Source of the DNA: Candidatus Helarchaeota ASGARD archaeon Hel_GB_B
Lineage (GTDB): Archaea; Asgardarchaeota; Lokiarchaeia; Helarchaeales; HEL-GB-B
DNA: 23,789 nt
NCBI GenBank assembly: GCA_005191425.1
Contig: SUPR01000055.1
Coordinates: 1 to 23,789, forward strand
Direction of reading: 5' to 3'
Positions 1 to 9,472 of the stretch are shown piece by piece; the stretch's first letter is position 1; every line of letters begins with the position of its first letter. The position numbers and the translations under genes are program-made. Under the pieces are notes generated by a model. The model saw only the letters and a list, made by a program, of their open reading frames with translations, was not told the origin of the DNA and did not search any database.

Positions 1-69
1 ATATAATTTTAACTTAATATAAAATTTATTTAATTAATTGAAAAGAATTCAGCGTATTATTCATGATTT

Positions 70-507
70 ATGATGAAAAAATGGAATATTGAATTTAGTG
101 AGTCAAAGGAAGGTAATTCAAATTCATTTAATATTGAATTTTACGATGTTTCGGAATTTACAACTCAAGAATTTGAAATATCCGATGAAATAATTGAAGA
201 AATTCTAATTTTAGCGCAACAAAAAGAAAATTACAATTTATTGCACAATATAAGATTTCTTAGAAATTTTAATGGTAAGGATTATACTAATAAAAATGTG
301 ATAGTAATTTTGGGAACAACAATTTTAGAACAAAAGTTTGGAATGTTATATTTAAAAATCCTGGATAAATCATTTAAATTGGTAGCATTATGGCCGAAAG
401 AATTCATTTTACAATTTAGTGATGATAATAAATTATTAATAAATTTTTTAAGCGATATTGTCAATGAGCCAGACTCATTTTATGATATTAGTGTGATTTT
501 ACCTTAA
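70..507 (+). CDS. Hypothetical protein (145 aa, acidic N-terminal half, soluble)
   Basis: Open frame with protein-like composition, convergent with the 530-2344 gene; no motif recognised. Confidence 0.7.
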   Translation: MMKKWNIEFSESKEGNSNSFNIEFYDVSEFTTQEFEISDEIIEEILILAQQKENYNLLHNIRFLRNFNGKDYTNKNVIVILGTTILEQKFGMLYLKILDKSFKLVALWPKEFILQFSDDNKLLINFLSDIVNEPDSFYDISVILP

Positions 508-529
508 GATTCTAAATAAAAGGGTAAAA

Positions 530-2344
530 CTATTTTTTAAAGAGATAATAAAAGAATAGAATAATTCCGAAGCCAAGTCCAAAGATTTGTACAATTAATT
601 TTAAGCTATCAATTAATTTAAAAATAATTGCTGAAAAAGTGCTAACTGATTCATAAAAGAGGACAGTGTGTATCCTTAAAAATCCATACATAGATATTGT
701 ACCTAAAAATATGGAAATTAATGCAATGCCCAGCAATATACGACTTTTATAAGCAGCGGGCTCTCTAAATAACCTGATTATTTTTAATTCTTTTGTGTTT
801 TCTTTCAGTCTATCACCAAATCTTGCTAAATTATATGCAGAACGATAAGATGAGTATGCTAGAATTCCTTCAGTAATGATTAATGTAGAAATGAGAATGT
901 AGTCATTACCTATAGAGCCAATTAGGTTACCGGAAATAAGTTGAATTATTATGGACCCATCGTAAAGTTGGCTTAAAAAATATACAGCATTTACGTAATC
1001 ATCAGGTGTATTAGTAAAGAAATAATTAAACCATATTAATATTCCCAGAAAACAAATAGAAATTATTGCCGCGATAATACCAAATAATTTACTGTGGTTT
1101 ATTTTTTTGCCGATTTTAACAATGTATCTGTAAATTAATCTAGCAAGCCCGATTTGAAAATAGCCAAATATGAAAAATAGAGGGATTAAGATTAAATACA
1201 AATAGAAATAAAAAAAGCCAAACCCACCAAACATTTGAATTAAATTCGGGTCAAATCCTGGAGAATAAAGCAGAAATAATTCCGCAATAGTGGTGCCAGA
1301 TAATAATTGTAATAAAAATGCTAAAAATACGCTGATGATAACACCAATAACCTTTACTTTCCCAGTTTTACCGTAATCAAACAATCGAATTATCAGAGGT
1401 ATTCCAAATAATACTCCGATGTAATACAATATAAATGGAAATTCAAAAAATAAATTTACTCGTAATGGATAACCAATAATTGATAAAAGAACACCATAAT
1501 AAATATAAAATGAAGCAAATAATTGTAGAAACATAATACCAAGGCAAATATAAGCCGATCTCTTAGTAAATCTAAAAAATAAAATTAATGTTAATATCCA
1601 GCCACTAAAAAATATCAATACAGGGGTTAATAATAAAATCGTATCAAAACGAAGATTAAAAAATATCGGGATAAAAGTTAAAATTGGAAGAAACCAAATA
1701 ATAACTGAAGCAATAGATTTATCATTGTTTTTATAAATTAAGGCTGAAAAAATAATGAAAAAACAGAAAAACAACGGAGCTAAAATAAAAATTATAAATA
1801 ATATTAACGGCATCATAGAATTGCTCATTGATACATAAATGAATGTAAAAAAGCCATAATCGGTATATCCTTGCGGAATTAAATAAATTAAACTTGCTGC
1901 ATCTCTAAAGCCATAGGTAAAAATTGCTATAACGCCCCCTAATGTACATAAATAGAAATATGTTAACAGCATTGCAGAGCCAGGAGATATTCGTTCATAA
2001 TCTATGGGAAAAATTTTATTAAGCACCCATTTAATAGCTTTAAAAAATTTTGGCGGTGTTTTGTTTCTCTCTTTATATACTCTAATTATGATATGGTTAA
2101 CTGAAAGAAAAATATTCAGAATGAAAAAAATATAAACAGAAATAATAGCTAGGATATCAGATGTTATAAGATGTACAATTACTATAGCTAAAATAGTTAG
2201 AGAACTAAGTGTGAATATTGCAGGAATAGAGAAAGTTTTGCCTATTCTGCGTTCAATTCCTTTTTTCATAGTTTTTCGGACTTTTTTAACCTTTTCAATT
2301 TCGCTTTTAGGAATAATACCATTATCTTTACTCATTTTAATCAT
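530..2344 (-). CDS. Polytopic integral membrane protein, function unknown (roughly 13-14 TM segments by eye)
   Basis: 604-aa ORF with a basic N-terminus followed by many hydrophobic 20-aa stretches separated by short K/R loops; no transporter signature recognised. Confidence 0.8.
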   Translation of the reverse strand: MIKMSKDNGIIPKSEIEKVKKVRKTMKKGIERRIGKTFSIPAIFTLSSLTILAIVIVHLITSDILAIISVYIFFILNIFLSVNHIIIRVYKERNKTPPKFFKAIKWVLNKIFPIDYERISPGSAMLLTYFYLCTLGGVIAIFTYGFRDAASLIYLIPQGYTDYGFFTFIYVSMSNSMMPLILFIIFILAPLFFCFFIIFSALIYKNNDKSIASVIIWFLPILTFIPIFFNLRFDTILLLTPVLIFFSGWILTLILFFRFTKRSAYICLGIMFLQLFASFYIYYGVLLSIIGYPLRVNLFFEFPFILYYIGVLFGIPLIIRLFDYGKTGKVKVIGVIISVFLAFLLQLLSGTTIAELFLLYSPGFDPNLIQMFGGFGFFYFYLYLILIPLFFIFGYFQIGLARLIYRYIVKIGKKINHSKLFGIIAAIISICFLGILIWFNYFFTNTPDDYVNAVYFLSQLYDGSIIIQLISGNLIGSIGNDYILISTLIITEGILAYSSYRSAYNLARFGDRLKENTKELKIIRLFREPAAYKSRILLGIALISIFLGTISMYGFLRIHTVLFYESVSTFSAIIFKLIDSLKLIVQIFGLGFGIILFFYYLFKK

Positions 2345-2624
2345 TATTTAAAATGGAATTTTCAAAATTTGAAAGTATTATATAACTATAAATTATGTTT
2401 TATTAATTAATCTAAATTTTTAAAAATCCAATGAAAATAATATGAATTATATTTAAATTAAAGATATTCAATCAAATAAAAAATTTAATAATAAATAATT
2501 TTGGAAAAGATCTGGTAATAAATTTTTAGTATTCAAAAACATTCATTTATGATTAATGTTTATTCTCAAATTTGAACTTAAGTATCACTGAAATACTAAT
2601 AATACTTGGAAAAAAAAACTAAAT

Positions 2625-3218
2625 TTGGTGATAAATATAGATCTTTACGAACTTGGAATGAGGTTATCATTTTTAAGAAAATTTAGACTATTTCCAAAAC
2701 AATGGTCGGACATATTCAATTGGGATGATATAGCATTAGAAATAGGATGCGGGATTGGTGATTGGTCAATGATACCAAAAGAGAAGCACAATATAGTAAT
2801 TGGACTGGAAATTTCAAAACATTTTTTAGTTTTACAGCATAAAAATAAAAAAAATAGAATGACGCATAACTATTGCGACCATTTAATTTGTGCTTCTGCG
2901 GATTATATGCCTTTTAAAGATAAAATAATTGACGTGGCATATAGTTGTGATGTCATTCATCATATTCCTTTACAAATCCAAGAGCGATTTTTTAAAGAAT
3001 GTAAACGAGTTATTAAAAAATATTATTTGCCCTTAGAAATGAAATTAAAAGGATTCCCACTTATTTTTACGACAATTGCTGATGAACTTCAAAAATTAAT
3101 TTGGGGTTATAATTATAATTATGATAGATCATTATTTTTTAAAAATTTTAAATTTTTACGATATCGAAAGAGCTTTATGTATGATTGGTTTTTAGCAGAT
3201 TGTAATGATGATAGATAA
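2625..3218 (+). CDS. Class I SAM-dependent methyltransferase (Methyltransf_11-like)
   Basis: Motif I ALEIGCGIG, acidic VIGLEIS, then CASADYMPFKDKIIDVAYSCDVIHHI and FFKECKRVIK. Start uncertain (TTG 2625, GTG 2628 or ATG 2658). Confidence 0.85.
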   Translation: MVINIDLYELGMRLSFLRKFRLFPKQWSDIFNWDDIALEIGCGIGDWSMIPKEKHNIVIGLEISKHFLVLQHKNKKNRMTHNYCDHLICASADYMPFKDKIIDVAYSCDVIHHIPLQIQERFFKECKRVIKKYYLPLEMKLKGFPLIFTTIADELQKLIWGYNYNYDRSLFFKNFKFLRYRKSFMYDWFLADCNDDR

Positions 3219-3251
3219 AAATAATAGATAAAATAATAGATAAAATAATAG
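3211..3251 (+). repeat. Short tandem repeat, about 3.3 copies of ATAGATAAAATA (12 bp; first copy has one extra A)
   Basis: Units at 3211-3223, 3224-3235 and 3236-3247, plus partial ATAG 3248-3251; overlaps the methyltransferase stop codon. Confidence 0.85.
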
Positions 3252-3291
3252 GTTTAATAGAAAATTAATTTAAAAAGTGTGTAAATTTTAT

Positions 3292-4395
3292 TTATTCAAT
3301 TAAATTTAGAATTATTTCTGTAATATATTGGACATCGATTGGTCTTTCATTTTTTCTTCTAGCATAACTTAAATTAAAGGTACAAAATGGACAAGTAGTC
3401 GTCAAGATATCTGCTTTATTTACTGCATCATCGATTCTTTTTAAAGCTACTTTTGTGGCTAAATTCTTAAAACCCGCCCGAGCTGCTGAATCAGCACCAC
3501 AACAATCTGAATCATCTCTGTTATTGTCGAATTCTACTAAAGTTTTAAATGCTTCTTGTAATACAATTCTAGGCTCTTCATATTTTTTGAATTCTCTCCC
3601 GTAATGGCATGGATCATGATATATGACCTTTTTATCACTTTTTTTGAATTTGATTTTTTTATCTTTTACTGCTTCAGCAATTACTTCAATAATATGTTTA
3701 ACTGGAATAGTCTTTCCAATTAATTCAGGATACATCTCTTTAAATGCCCTATAACATCCAGTACAAGAAACAATTAAATTTTTTACATTATTTTCTTCAA
3801 ATATTTTTAGATTTTCATTGAAAAATTTTTTAGCATTTTCAATATCACCGACATCAAGCAAAGGACTGCCGCAACAAATTTCGTCTTTAATTACTTTGAA
3901 CTTGATCCCTATTTTTTTTAATATTTGGACTGCCGTAGTCGAAATATTCTTTAAAAAATAACCTGGAAGACATCCAGCATAATATAAAGTGGTCGCATCT
4001 TCATCATTTTCAAAATTCTCGGGTAGATAGTCCAGTAAATGCTCATGGTCTCCTTTTGTGGAATTTTTAAGTTTTAAAATACCATCTCGCAGGTTTGAAT
4101 GACCTGAAAGCATCTCATGACCTGATTTGAACAATTGATTTCTTGCTTGACCAATGATTTTTGAAATTTGAATTTCGGCTTCACAATATAGATCACATTT
4201 TTCACATTTTGTGCAGCTAAATAACGCGTTATATTCATTTTCAGAGATTTCCTCCCCGCTAAAAACTTTTCTAGCAATCTGTATTCGGACATCAGGAGCT
4301 TCGAGCTCGTTATTAGATATATTAAATGTAGGACATTTTGAATTACATGTTTTACAGCCAATGCATTTATCTATTTCTTCTATATATTCTTCCAT
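3292..4395 (-). CDS. Fe-S oxidoreductase, HdrD/GlpC/GlcF-like (two 4Fe-4S motifs plus two CCG domains)
   Basis: CIGCKTCNSKCP and CTKCEKCDLYC; CCG domain 1 YYAGCLPG..EICCGSP..SCTGCY; CCG domain 2 YHDPCHYGR..DCCGA..TCPFC. ATG at 4395 preferred over TTG 4404 because AGGCGG (4405-4410, minus) then sits 9 nt upstream. Confidence 0.9.
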   Translation of the reverse strand: MEEYIEEIDKCIGCKTCNSKCPTFNISNNELEAPDVRIQIARKVFSGEEISENEYNALFSCTKCEKCDLYCEAEIQISKIIGQARNQLFKSGHEMLSGHSNLRDGILKLKNSTKGDHEHLLDYLPENFENDEDATTLYYAGCLPGYFLKNISTTAVQILKKIGIKFKVIKDEICCGSPLLDVGDIENAKKFFNENLKIFEENNVKNLIVSCTGCYRAFKEMYPELIGKTIPVKHIIEVIAEAVKDKKIKFKKSDKKVIYHDPCHYGREFKKYEEPRIVLQEAFKTLVEFDNNRDDSDCCGADSAARAGFKNLATKVALKRIDDAVNKADILTTTCPFCTFNLSYARRKNERPIDVQYITEIILNLIE

Positions 4396-4758
4396 ATTAA
4401 ACAACCGCCTTTATCTTTTTGAATATAATTAGAAATTTCATATTAACAATTAATAATTTTTTATTATAGCACAGAATTATATTAATAATATTTAAAAATT
4501 TAAGAAAATCTTATAGATATTAAATATTAATTTCAATTTTGTAAATAAATCTAAGATTTTGATACTTTTATTAAAATTAAATTGTCAATCAATCAAGAAA
4601 ATCATTTATTTATTTATTTTTATATCAATTTATTAAAAATCTTTAAATACATGAATTTAAAACTTAAAAAATAGATTTTAAAATGGTTAAATTTCCAATT
4701 TTCTTAAAAAATTTTAAGAGTTAATATGTCGTAAAAAGGTAAACCAAGAATGAAAAAA

Positions 4759-5418
4759 TTAAATGCTTAAATGAGTAGGTTTGTGTTTTACACCAAAAAA
4801 CATAAGTACCCACCCAAAAATTATTGTTAAATTGGTTATCCATGAAAGACCATATGGCATTATAGGAGATACAGCAGTTATTTTTAGTATTGGCCTTATT
4901 ATATTTCCAATAAAAATAGTTATCGCTGCTAAGGCTATAAGTAGCCCATTGACATTTGTTAATCTTTTCGTATAATAAGTAAACAAGAATGTTATTATCA
5001 AACTTATAATAGCCGGCAATGTAATGATTGCAGAAGCAATGTCCAATAATATCACATTTGTAGGAATTAGTAAGAGTACAATAATCGAAATTATTGATGC
5101 CAATATTATAATTATATATCTTAATTTAACTTTAGAAGCCATCCAGACAGAAAGCATAGCACCAAAAATTAACTGCGTACAAATTAAATCTAAAGCATAT
5201 CGAATGTTATATATTATACTTGGGCCAATTAAATTTACCATAACCAATTGATCGATTATTGTGCCAGGAATTAAGAATAAAATCCCGATACCAATTAAAA
5301 ATGGTAAATCACTTGTATATTTTTTTTCTAATTTAATCCATTCTTTTAATAAATATACTCCTAATATTGCATATCCAATTGTTTTAAATACAGATGTTGT
5401 CATATAAAAAATGTCCAT
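4759..5418 (-). CDS. 7-TM integral membrane protein, function unknown
   Basis: Seven hydrophobic segments in 219 aa; SD GAGGT at 5426-5430 (minus), 7 nt before the ATG. Confidence 0.8.
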   Translation of the reverse strand: MDIFYMTTSVFKTIGYAILGVYLLKEWIKLEKKYTSDLPFLIGIGILFLIPGTIIDQLVMVNLIGPSIIYNIRYALDLICTQLIFGAMLSVWMASKVKLRYIIIILASIISIIVLLLIPTNVILLDIASAIITLPAIISLIITFLFTYYTKRLTNVNGLLIALAAITIFIGNIIRPILKITAVSPIMPYGLSWITNLTIIFGWVLMFFGVKHKPTHLSI

Positions 5419-5538
5419 TTTTAATACCTCGGATTAATTTTTTAGAATTTAATAATAACCGATACAGTTCCTTTTTTTTGGAAATTCATAATTTTTTAAA
5501 TTTCAATGAATTTATTGAAAAAAAATATTTAAAACCCC

Positions 5539-7053
5539 CTAAAAATTCAGACCATTTATTAAAAAGAATGACGTAAAATAAAATGAAATAAAGTAAATTA
5601 ATATAAAAAGCAATGAAATTGGTAAACTTTTTTGAAAATTAATTGTTTTAAATATAATTTTAGATGTAAAAAAAACCAATATTGTATTAGTTATTATGAT
5701 CGGAATTATGATTTTGTTGTCAAACAAAATGAAATTATTTTGGATAAATAATCCATTAGTTACTTGCTGAAAAAATAAACTAAAGATAGGTAATATATTA
5801 GTAAATAAGCCCATTAATATACTGAATATGCTCATCAATATTAGGACTTTAAATTGAATAGATTTTATTATTGTTTTTCTCTTTGCAATTAATTTCCTAT
5901 TAAATTCGATATTATCCAATATATTTTTTATTCGTTTTCCAGTTTCTAGCGAATTTTTAGATAACATTTTGAGTATTAATTTCAGTAATATCTTATTTTT
6001 TTGTTCTTTAAAATTATTAATTAAATTATTCCAGTATTCATTAAATTCAAAATTATTGATTTGAATAAACATTTCAGGATTTTTAAAAAAAGAAGAATTT
6101 AGTTTTAATAACTTAATAGATTTAAAAAGTGCGATCTCAGGAGAATTATTTAGGCATAAATAATTTGAGAATACGTCTAAGAAATTTAATAATAGAATTA
6201 ATTCTTTTTCTTGATTAACAGATTCTCCAAAAAAGACGAAACTTCTTTTTATAAGCGACTTTTTTAGAATAATGAGAATAAATAAATGAAATGGAATGAG
6301 AATAAGTATAAACCATGGATTAGATGCCAGATAAATAGAAAAAAGGACGATTGTAATTATTGGCAAAAAAATATTAATCGTAATTAAAATGGTGAATCTT
6401 ACCTGTAATTGTTCAGTAGTTTTTTGGTATTTGCTTAATAACTCAACCGAAAATTTAGGATTTTTATTAATTAGATCATTATTGTGTATATCAGAACTTA
6501 ATAAAGACAAAAAATTTTCCTTAAAAGTGGGATTTGCTATTATTCCAGCGAACTCAATGAGTAAATGTTCAGGCGTTTGGCCCATATTTATTTTTTTTAC
6601 TATTTCCTTAAAATAACCGGAAATGATCGGATAATCAGATTTTGAAACATATTTAATGCAGTCAAGAAGAGTACCAGATGATTTTAAGATAAGTATAAAA
6701 TCTTGATAAATCAGGTCCAAATATTGTAGAAAATTATCTTGCTGAATATGAAATTGAATAATTAAATAACCATAAATTTTTTTTGAAATAATTAAACTGA
6801 ATATTAGGCTTATTAAAATTGAAAAATAAAAGTTTATAAGGCTTAGTATAAAGAAAAAAGAAAAAAAACTAATAATAAAAGATAATATGGCGGATTTTAT
6901 AATATCATCAGAATGTAGGTCTATCACTGCTCTTTTATCATAATTATAATAGTTTACTGCTTTATTCAATTCTTCACTATAGAATTTTTTACAGAATCTA
7001 TTTAAGAGAGTGAGTTTTGCCGAAATTTTATAAAAATTTAAGATCCAATCCAT
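5539..7053 (-). CDS. Type II secretion system F-family / TadB-TadC-like pilus membrane platform protein with two T2SSF-like domains
   Basis: Pattern of TM hairpin, helical cytoplasmic domain (DFILILKSSGTLLDCIKYVSKSDYPIISGYFKEIVKKINMGQTPEHLL), TM hairpin, second domain (DVFSNYLCLNNSPEIALFKSI...ETGKRIKNIL) and three TMs. Overlaps the upstream ATPase by 16 nt; SD GAGG at 7061-7064. Confidence 0.75.
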   Translation of the reverse strand: MDWILNFYKISAKLTLLNRFCKKFYSEELNKAVNYYNYDKRAVIDLHSDDIIKSAILSFIISFFSFFFILSLINFYFSILISLIFSLIISKKIYGYLIIQFHIQQDNFLQYLDLIYQDFILILKSSGTLLDCIKYVSKSDYPIISGYFKEIVKKINMGQTPEHLLIEFAGIIANPTFKENFLSLLSSDIHNNDLINKNPKFSVELLSKYQKTTEQLQVRFTILITINIFLPIITIVLFSIYLASNPWFILILIPFHLFILIILKKSLIKRSFVFFGESVNQEKELILLLNFLDVFSNYLCLNNSPEIALFKSIKLLKLNSSFFKNPEMFIQINNFEFNEYWNNLINNFKEQKNKILLKLILKMLSKNSLETGKRIKNILDNIEFNRKLIAKRKTIIKSIQFKVLILMSIFSILMGLFTNILPIFSLFFQQVTNGLFIQNNFILFDNKIIIPIIITNTILVFFTSKIIFKTINFQKSLPISLLFILIYFISFYFTSFFLINGLNF

Positions 7054-9302
7054 TTATTATCCTCATTACTTGTTTGATTCATATAATCATTCATTAATTT
7101 TTTCAATAGACCCCAATCTTTGATCTTTTTTTTCTTATTTAATATCCAATATTTGTTAAGTATTTTGTTAAGTCTTGAATTATCAAGGATTTCATTTTCA
7201 AGCATTTTAGTTAAAATAAAGATGTAAAAGGATATTTCATTGTAGAATGAATCGAAATCAAGAGGTTCTATGTTAGAGTTTTTTATTTTATTGATTACAG
7301 GTGATTTATTGTAAATATTTTCGAGTTTATTATACAGGTTTTCTAATTTATCTGCTAATGCATTTCTTTTAAAAAAAGATATAAAGTTATAATTATTATT
7401 GTCGTCAAATTCTAATTCAGATATTTTGATTACCCTTCTTTTAATTTTATTTACATCATTAACGCGAGCAAGTTGGACAATTATATCAAGATCTTTTATA
7501 GAATTTATTGATATTTGGTCTTCAATCATCCATCGTTTCACAATTAATTCAGGCGTTTCTCCATGACTTGTACTTAGGCCAGACCTAAGTCCAACTTTTA
7601 ATAGAAAGAAAAATGCATTGACTGACGATGAATTAATTATTTCACCGAGATAAATCATATCGGGAGTTCTATGTAATGCTTCTCTCACCTGAAATTCTTT
7701 TGAAAAATTTAAATTCTCAAAATTGTTTTGTAATTTAACTGAAATTCTTATTTGATGTTGAGAGATTTCAGATTGATCAATACTTTCAATGACATCTTCT
7801 ATATACATTTTTCTCCAATGATTTGGAGTTAAAATATCCAATGAATTAATAAGAGTTGTTTTACCAGATCCCGGAGGTCCGATTACAACAATATTTCTTT
7901 TATGGTACAGGTTAAATAACAAGTATCCAGCTGCTTCAACTGAAATTGTTCCATTTTTTATTAATTCTGTCAATGAGAAATCTTTTTTGCGCATTTTTCT
8001 TATAATTAGGATATAACCATCAGTAGACAATGGATTTATTATAATTGTTGCTCTTACTTGGAAGAATTCAGTAATAATTTCTGCCTTGAGTGAAGGGTGC
8101 ATTTCGTCAAGTGGCATATTGCTCTCAATTCGTATAATAGTTATAAATCTTTTAAGTTCGTTTTCAGATAATATAATATTTGTTTTACACCTTCCAAATT
8201 CCCTATGGTCAATATAGATTTCAGTGTTCGGTCGGTCTATAAAAATTTCTTCAATCGAATCATCTATTAAAAATGGAAATAAAAATAAAAATCCAGTAGT
8301 TTTGAATGTTGCATAATAAATAAGGAATTGTTTCCATTGTGGATTTAAATGGTCAAAATTTTCGTCCAGAAATGATTTAATTAAATTTTTTCTCTGATTT
8401 AATGAATCATTTAAGTTTAGAAACTCATCACCAGAGAACCCATAATCGATAGATTTTAATTTATTTTCAATCCAATTCAATACTTTTCTAGTTTCGTCAT
8501 TTTTATAGAGAGATTCCACTTTATAAAAATTTTCAATTGAATTCGCATTTTCATAGATAATTATATGAAACGGGAATAAATTGTATTCATTTATTTGTCT
8601 TAAATGCTTTTCTGTTATATTTTCTTTATTTTCAATTTTTTTGGATACGAAAATATCGCCCAAAATCAATTTCAATGAATTATGGTCTATTTTATTTTTA
8701 ATAAGATGTTCAAATTTCAAATATTTTTTAATGAATATTGAATCATTTAAATTAATTATAGCATTTTTTAAAAAATTTAAATAGTTTTTATTACATTTTT
8801 TACATTTTTCAAGGACATTTAAGTTTTCAATTATTGTAATTTCTAATTTAAATTCCTTATAAATTTTAATTGGATTTTTAAATATGGGTATATTGATTAA
8901 ATTCTTCCCAATTGTATTTTTTACAAAATTATTTATCCTTTTTAAACAATTTTCATAATTTTCACATGAATTATTTGATAGAAAATCAGATATATTATGT
9001 TTATTCAGTTCGTTTTTTATAATTTTTATTTTTTCGGTCAAATTCTTTAAAATGTAAATATTATTTCTATCCAAAATATAATAATTAGTCCTTCTATCTA
9101 TTTTAATCTCCAGGACTTCTTCTTTTATGTCATTTAATATAGTTAAACAATGACATAAACAATTAGGATTTGAAAAAAGTGGAATTGATGGAATTAAATA
9201 ATTACAATTAATACAATCACAAGTTAGTACCTTTTGAAAAACGTCTTCTTTGCCAGACTCGCGGACTTTCGTTTCTAATATAAAATGTGCATCTAATTCC
9301 AT
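7038..9302 (-). CDS. Type IV pilus/secretion ATPase (TadA/CpaF/VirB11/FlaI family) with a Cys-rich N-terminal extension
   Basis: IEEIFID, IIRK, Walker A GPPGSGKTT (7854-7880), Asp box YIEDVIES, Walker B ALHRTPDMIYLGEI, His box STSHGET, and KRRVIKISE. Confidence 0.92.
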   Translation of the reverse strand: MELDAHFILETKVRESGKEDVFQKVLTCDCINCNYLIPSIPLFSNPNCLCHCLTILNDIKEEVLEIKIDRRTNYYILDRNNIYILKNLTEKIKIIKNELNKHNISDFLSNNSCENYENCLKRINNFVKNTIGKNLINIPIFKNPIKIYKEFKLEITIIENLNVLEKCKKCNKNYLNFLKNAIINLNDSIFIKKYLKFEHLIKNKIDHNSLKLILGDIFVSKKIENKENITEKHLRQINEYNLFPFHIIIYENANSIENFYKVESLYKNDETRKVLNWIENKLKSIDYGFSGDEFLNLNDSLNQRKNLIKSFLDENFDHLNPQWKQFLIYYATFKTTGFLFLFPFLIDDSIEEIFIDRPNTEIYIDHREFGRCKTNIILSENELKRFITIIRIESNMPLDEMHPSLKAEIITEFFQVRATIIINPLSTDGYILIIRKMRKKDFSLTELIKNGTISVEAAGYLLFNLYHKRNIVVIGPPGSGKTTLINSLDILTPNHWRKMYIEDVIESIDQSEISQHQIRISVKLQNNFENLNFSKEFQVREALHRTPDMIYLGEIINSSSVNAFFFLLKVGLRSGLSTSHGETPELIVKRWMIEDQISINSIKDLDIIVQLARVNDVNKIKRRVIKISELEFDDNNNYNFISFFKRNALADKLENLYNKLENIYNKSPVINKIKNSNIEPLDFDSFYNEISFYIFILTKMLENEILDNSRLNKILNKYWILNKKKKIKDWGLLKKLMNDYMNQTSNEDNKWIGS

Positions 9303-9472
9303 TGTTCTCTTTTAAAAAATAAAATATAAAAACCCCATCAAATATTTCTCGAGGTCTTTTTAAAATTCAAAGACGATTTTTACTCATTAAATTAAAAATA
9401 ATAAATGTATAATTTACCTGTTTTAAAGATATTTTAATATTTTATCAATTTCGATAATAATGAAATAAATAA

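Noticed and set aside
282-464. 60-aa minus ORF
   Set aside because: Antisense shadow fully inside the 145-aa plus gene; no motif.
3211-3251. CRISPR array
   Set aside because: The repeats are 12 bp, directly adjacent and without spacers; no cas genes.
4074-4432. 95-aa minus and 73-aa plus ORFs
   Set aside because: Alternative-frame and antisense overlaps of the well-supported Fe-S CCG gene.
4759-5418. Rhodopsin or prepilin peptidase identity for the 7-TM protein
   Set aside because: No Schiff-base Lys in helix 7 and no GxGD aspartic-protease motif.
4781-5576. Three short plus ORFs (64, 75 and 60 aa)
   Set aside because: Antisense to the 7-TM and platform genes; composition mirrors the real hydrophobic gene.
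6389-8784. Plus ORFs 6389-6616 and 8581-8784
   Set aside because: Antisense shadows inside the platform and ATPase genes.
5539-9302. Archaellum (flaI/flaJ) interpretation
   Set aside because: No FlaH, FlaF/G, archaellin with a globular domain or chemotaxis genes in the window; the only pilin is Flp-sized.
9354-9374. GTCTTT-N9-AAAGAC inverted repeat upstream of the pilus ATPase
   Set aside because: A 6-bp arm is expected by chance at this base composition and I found no second copy.
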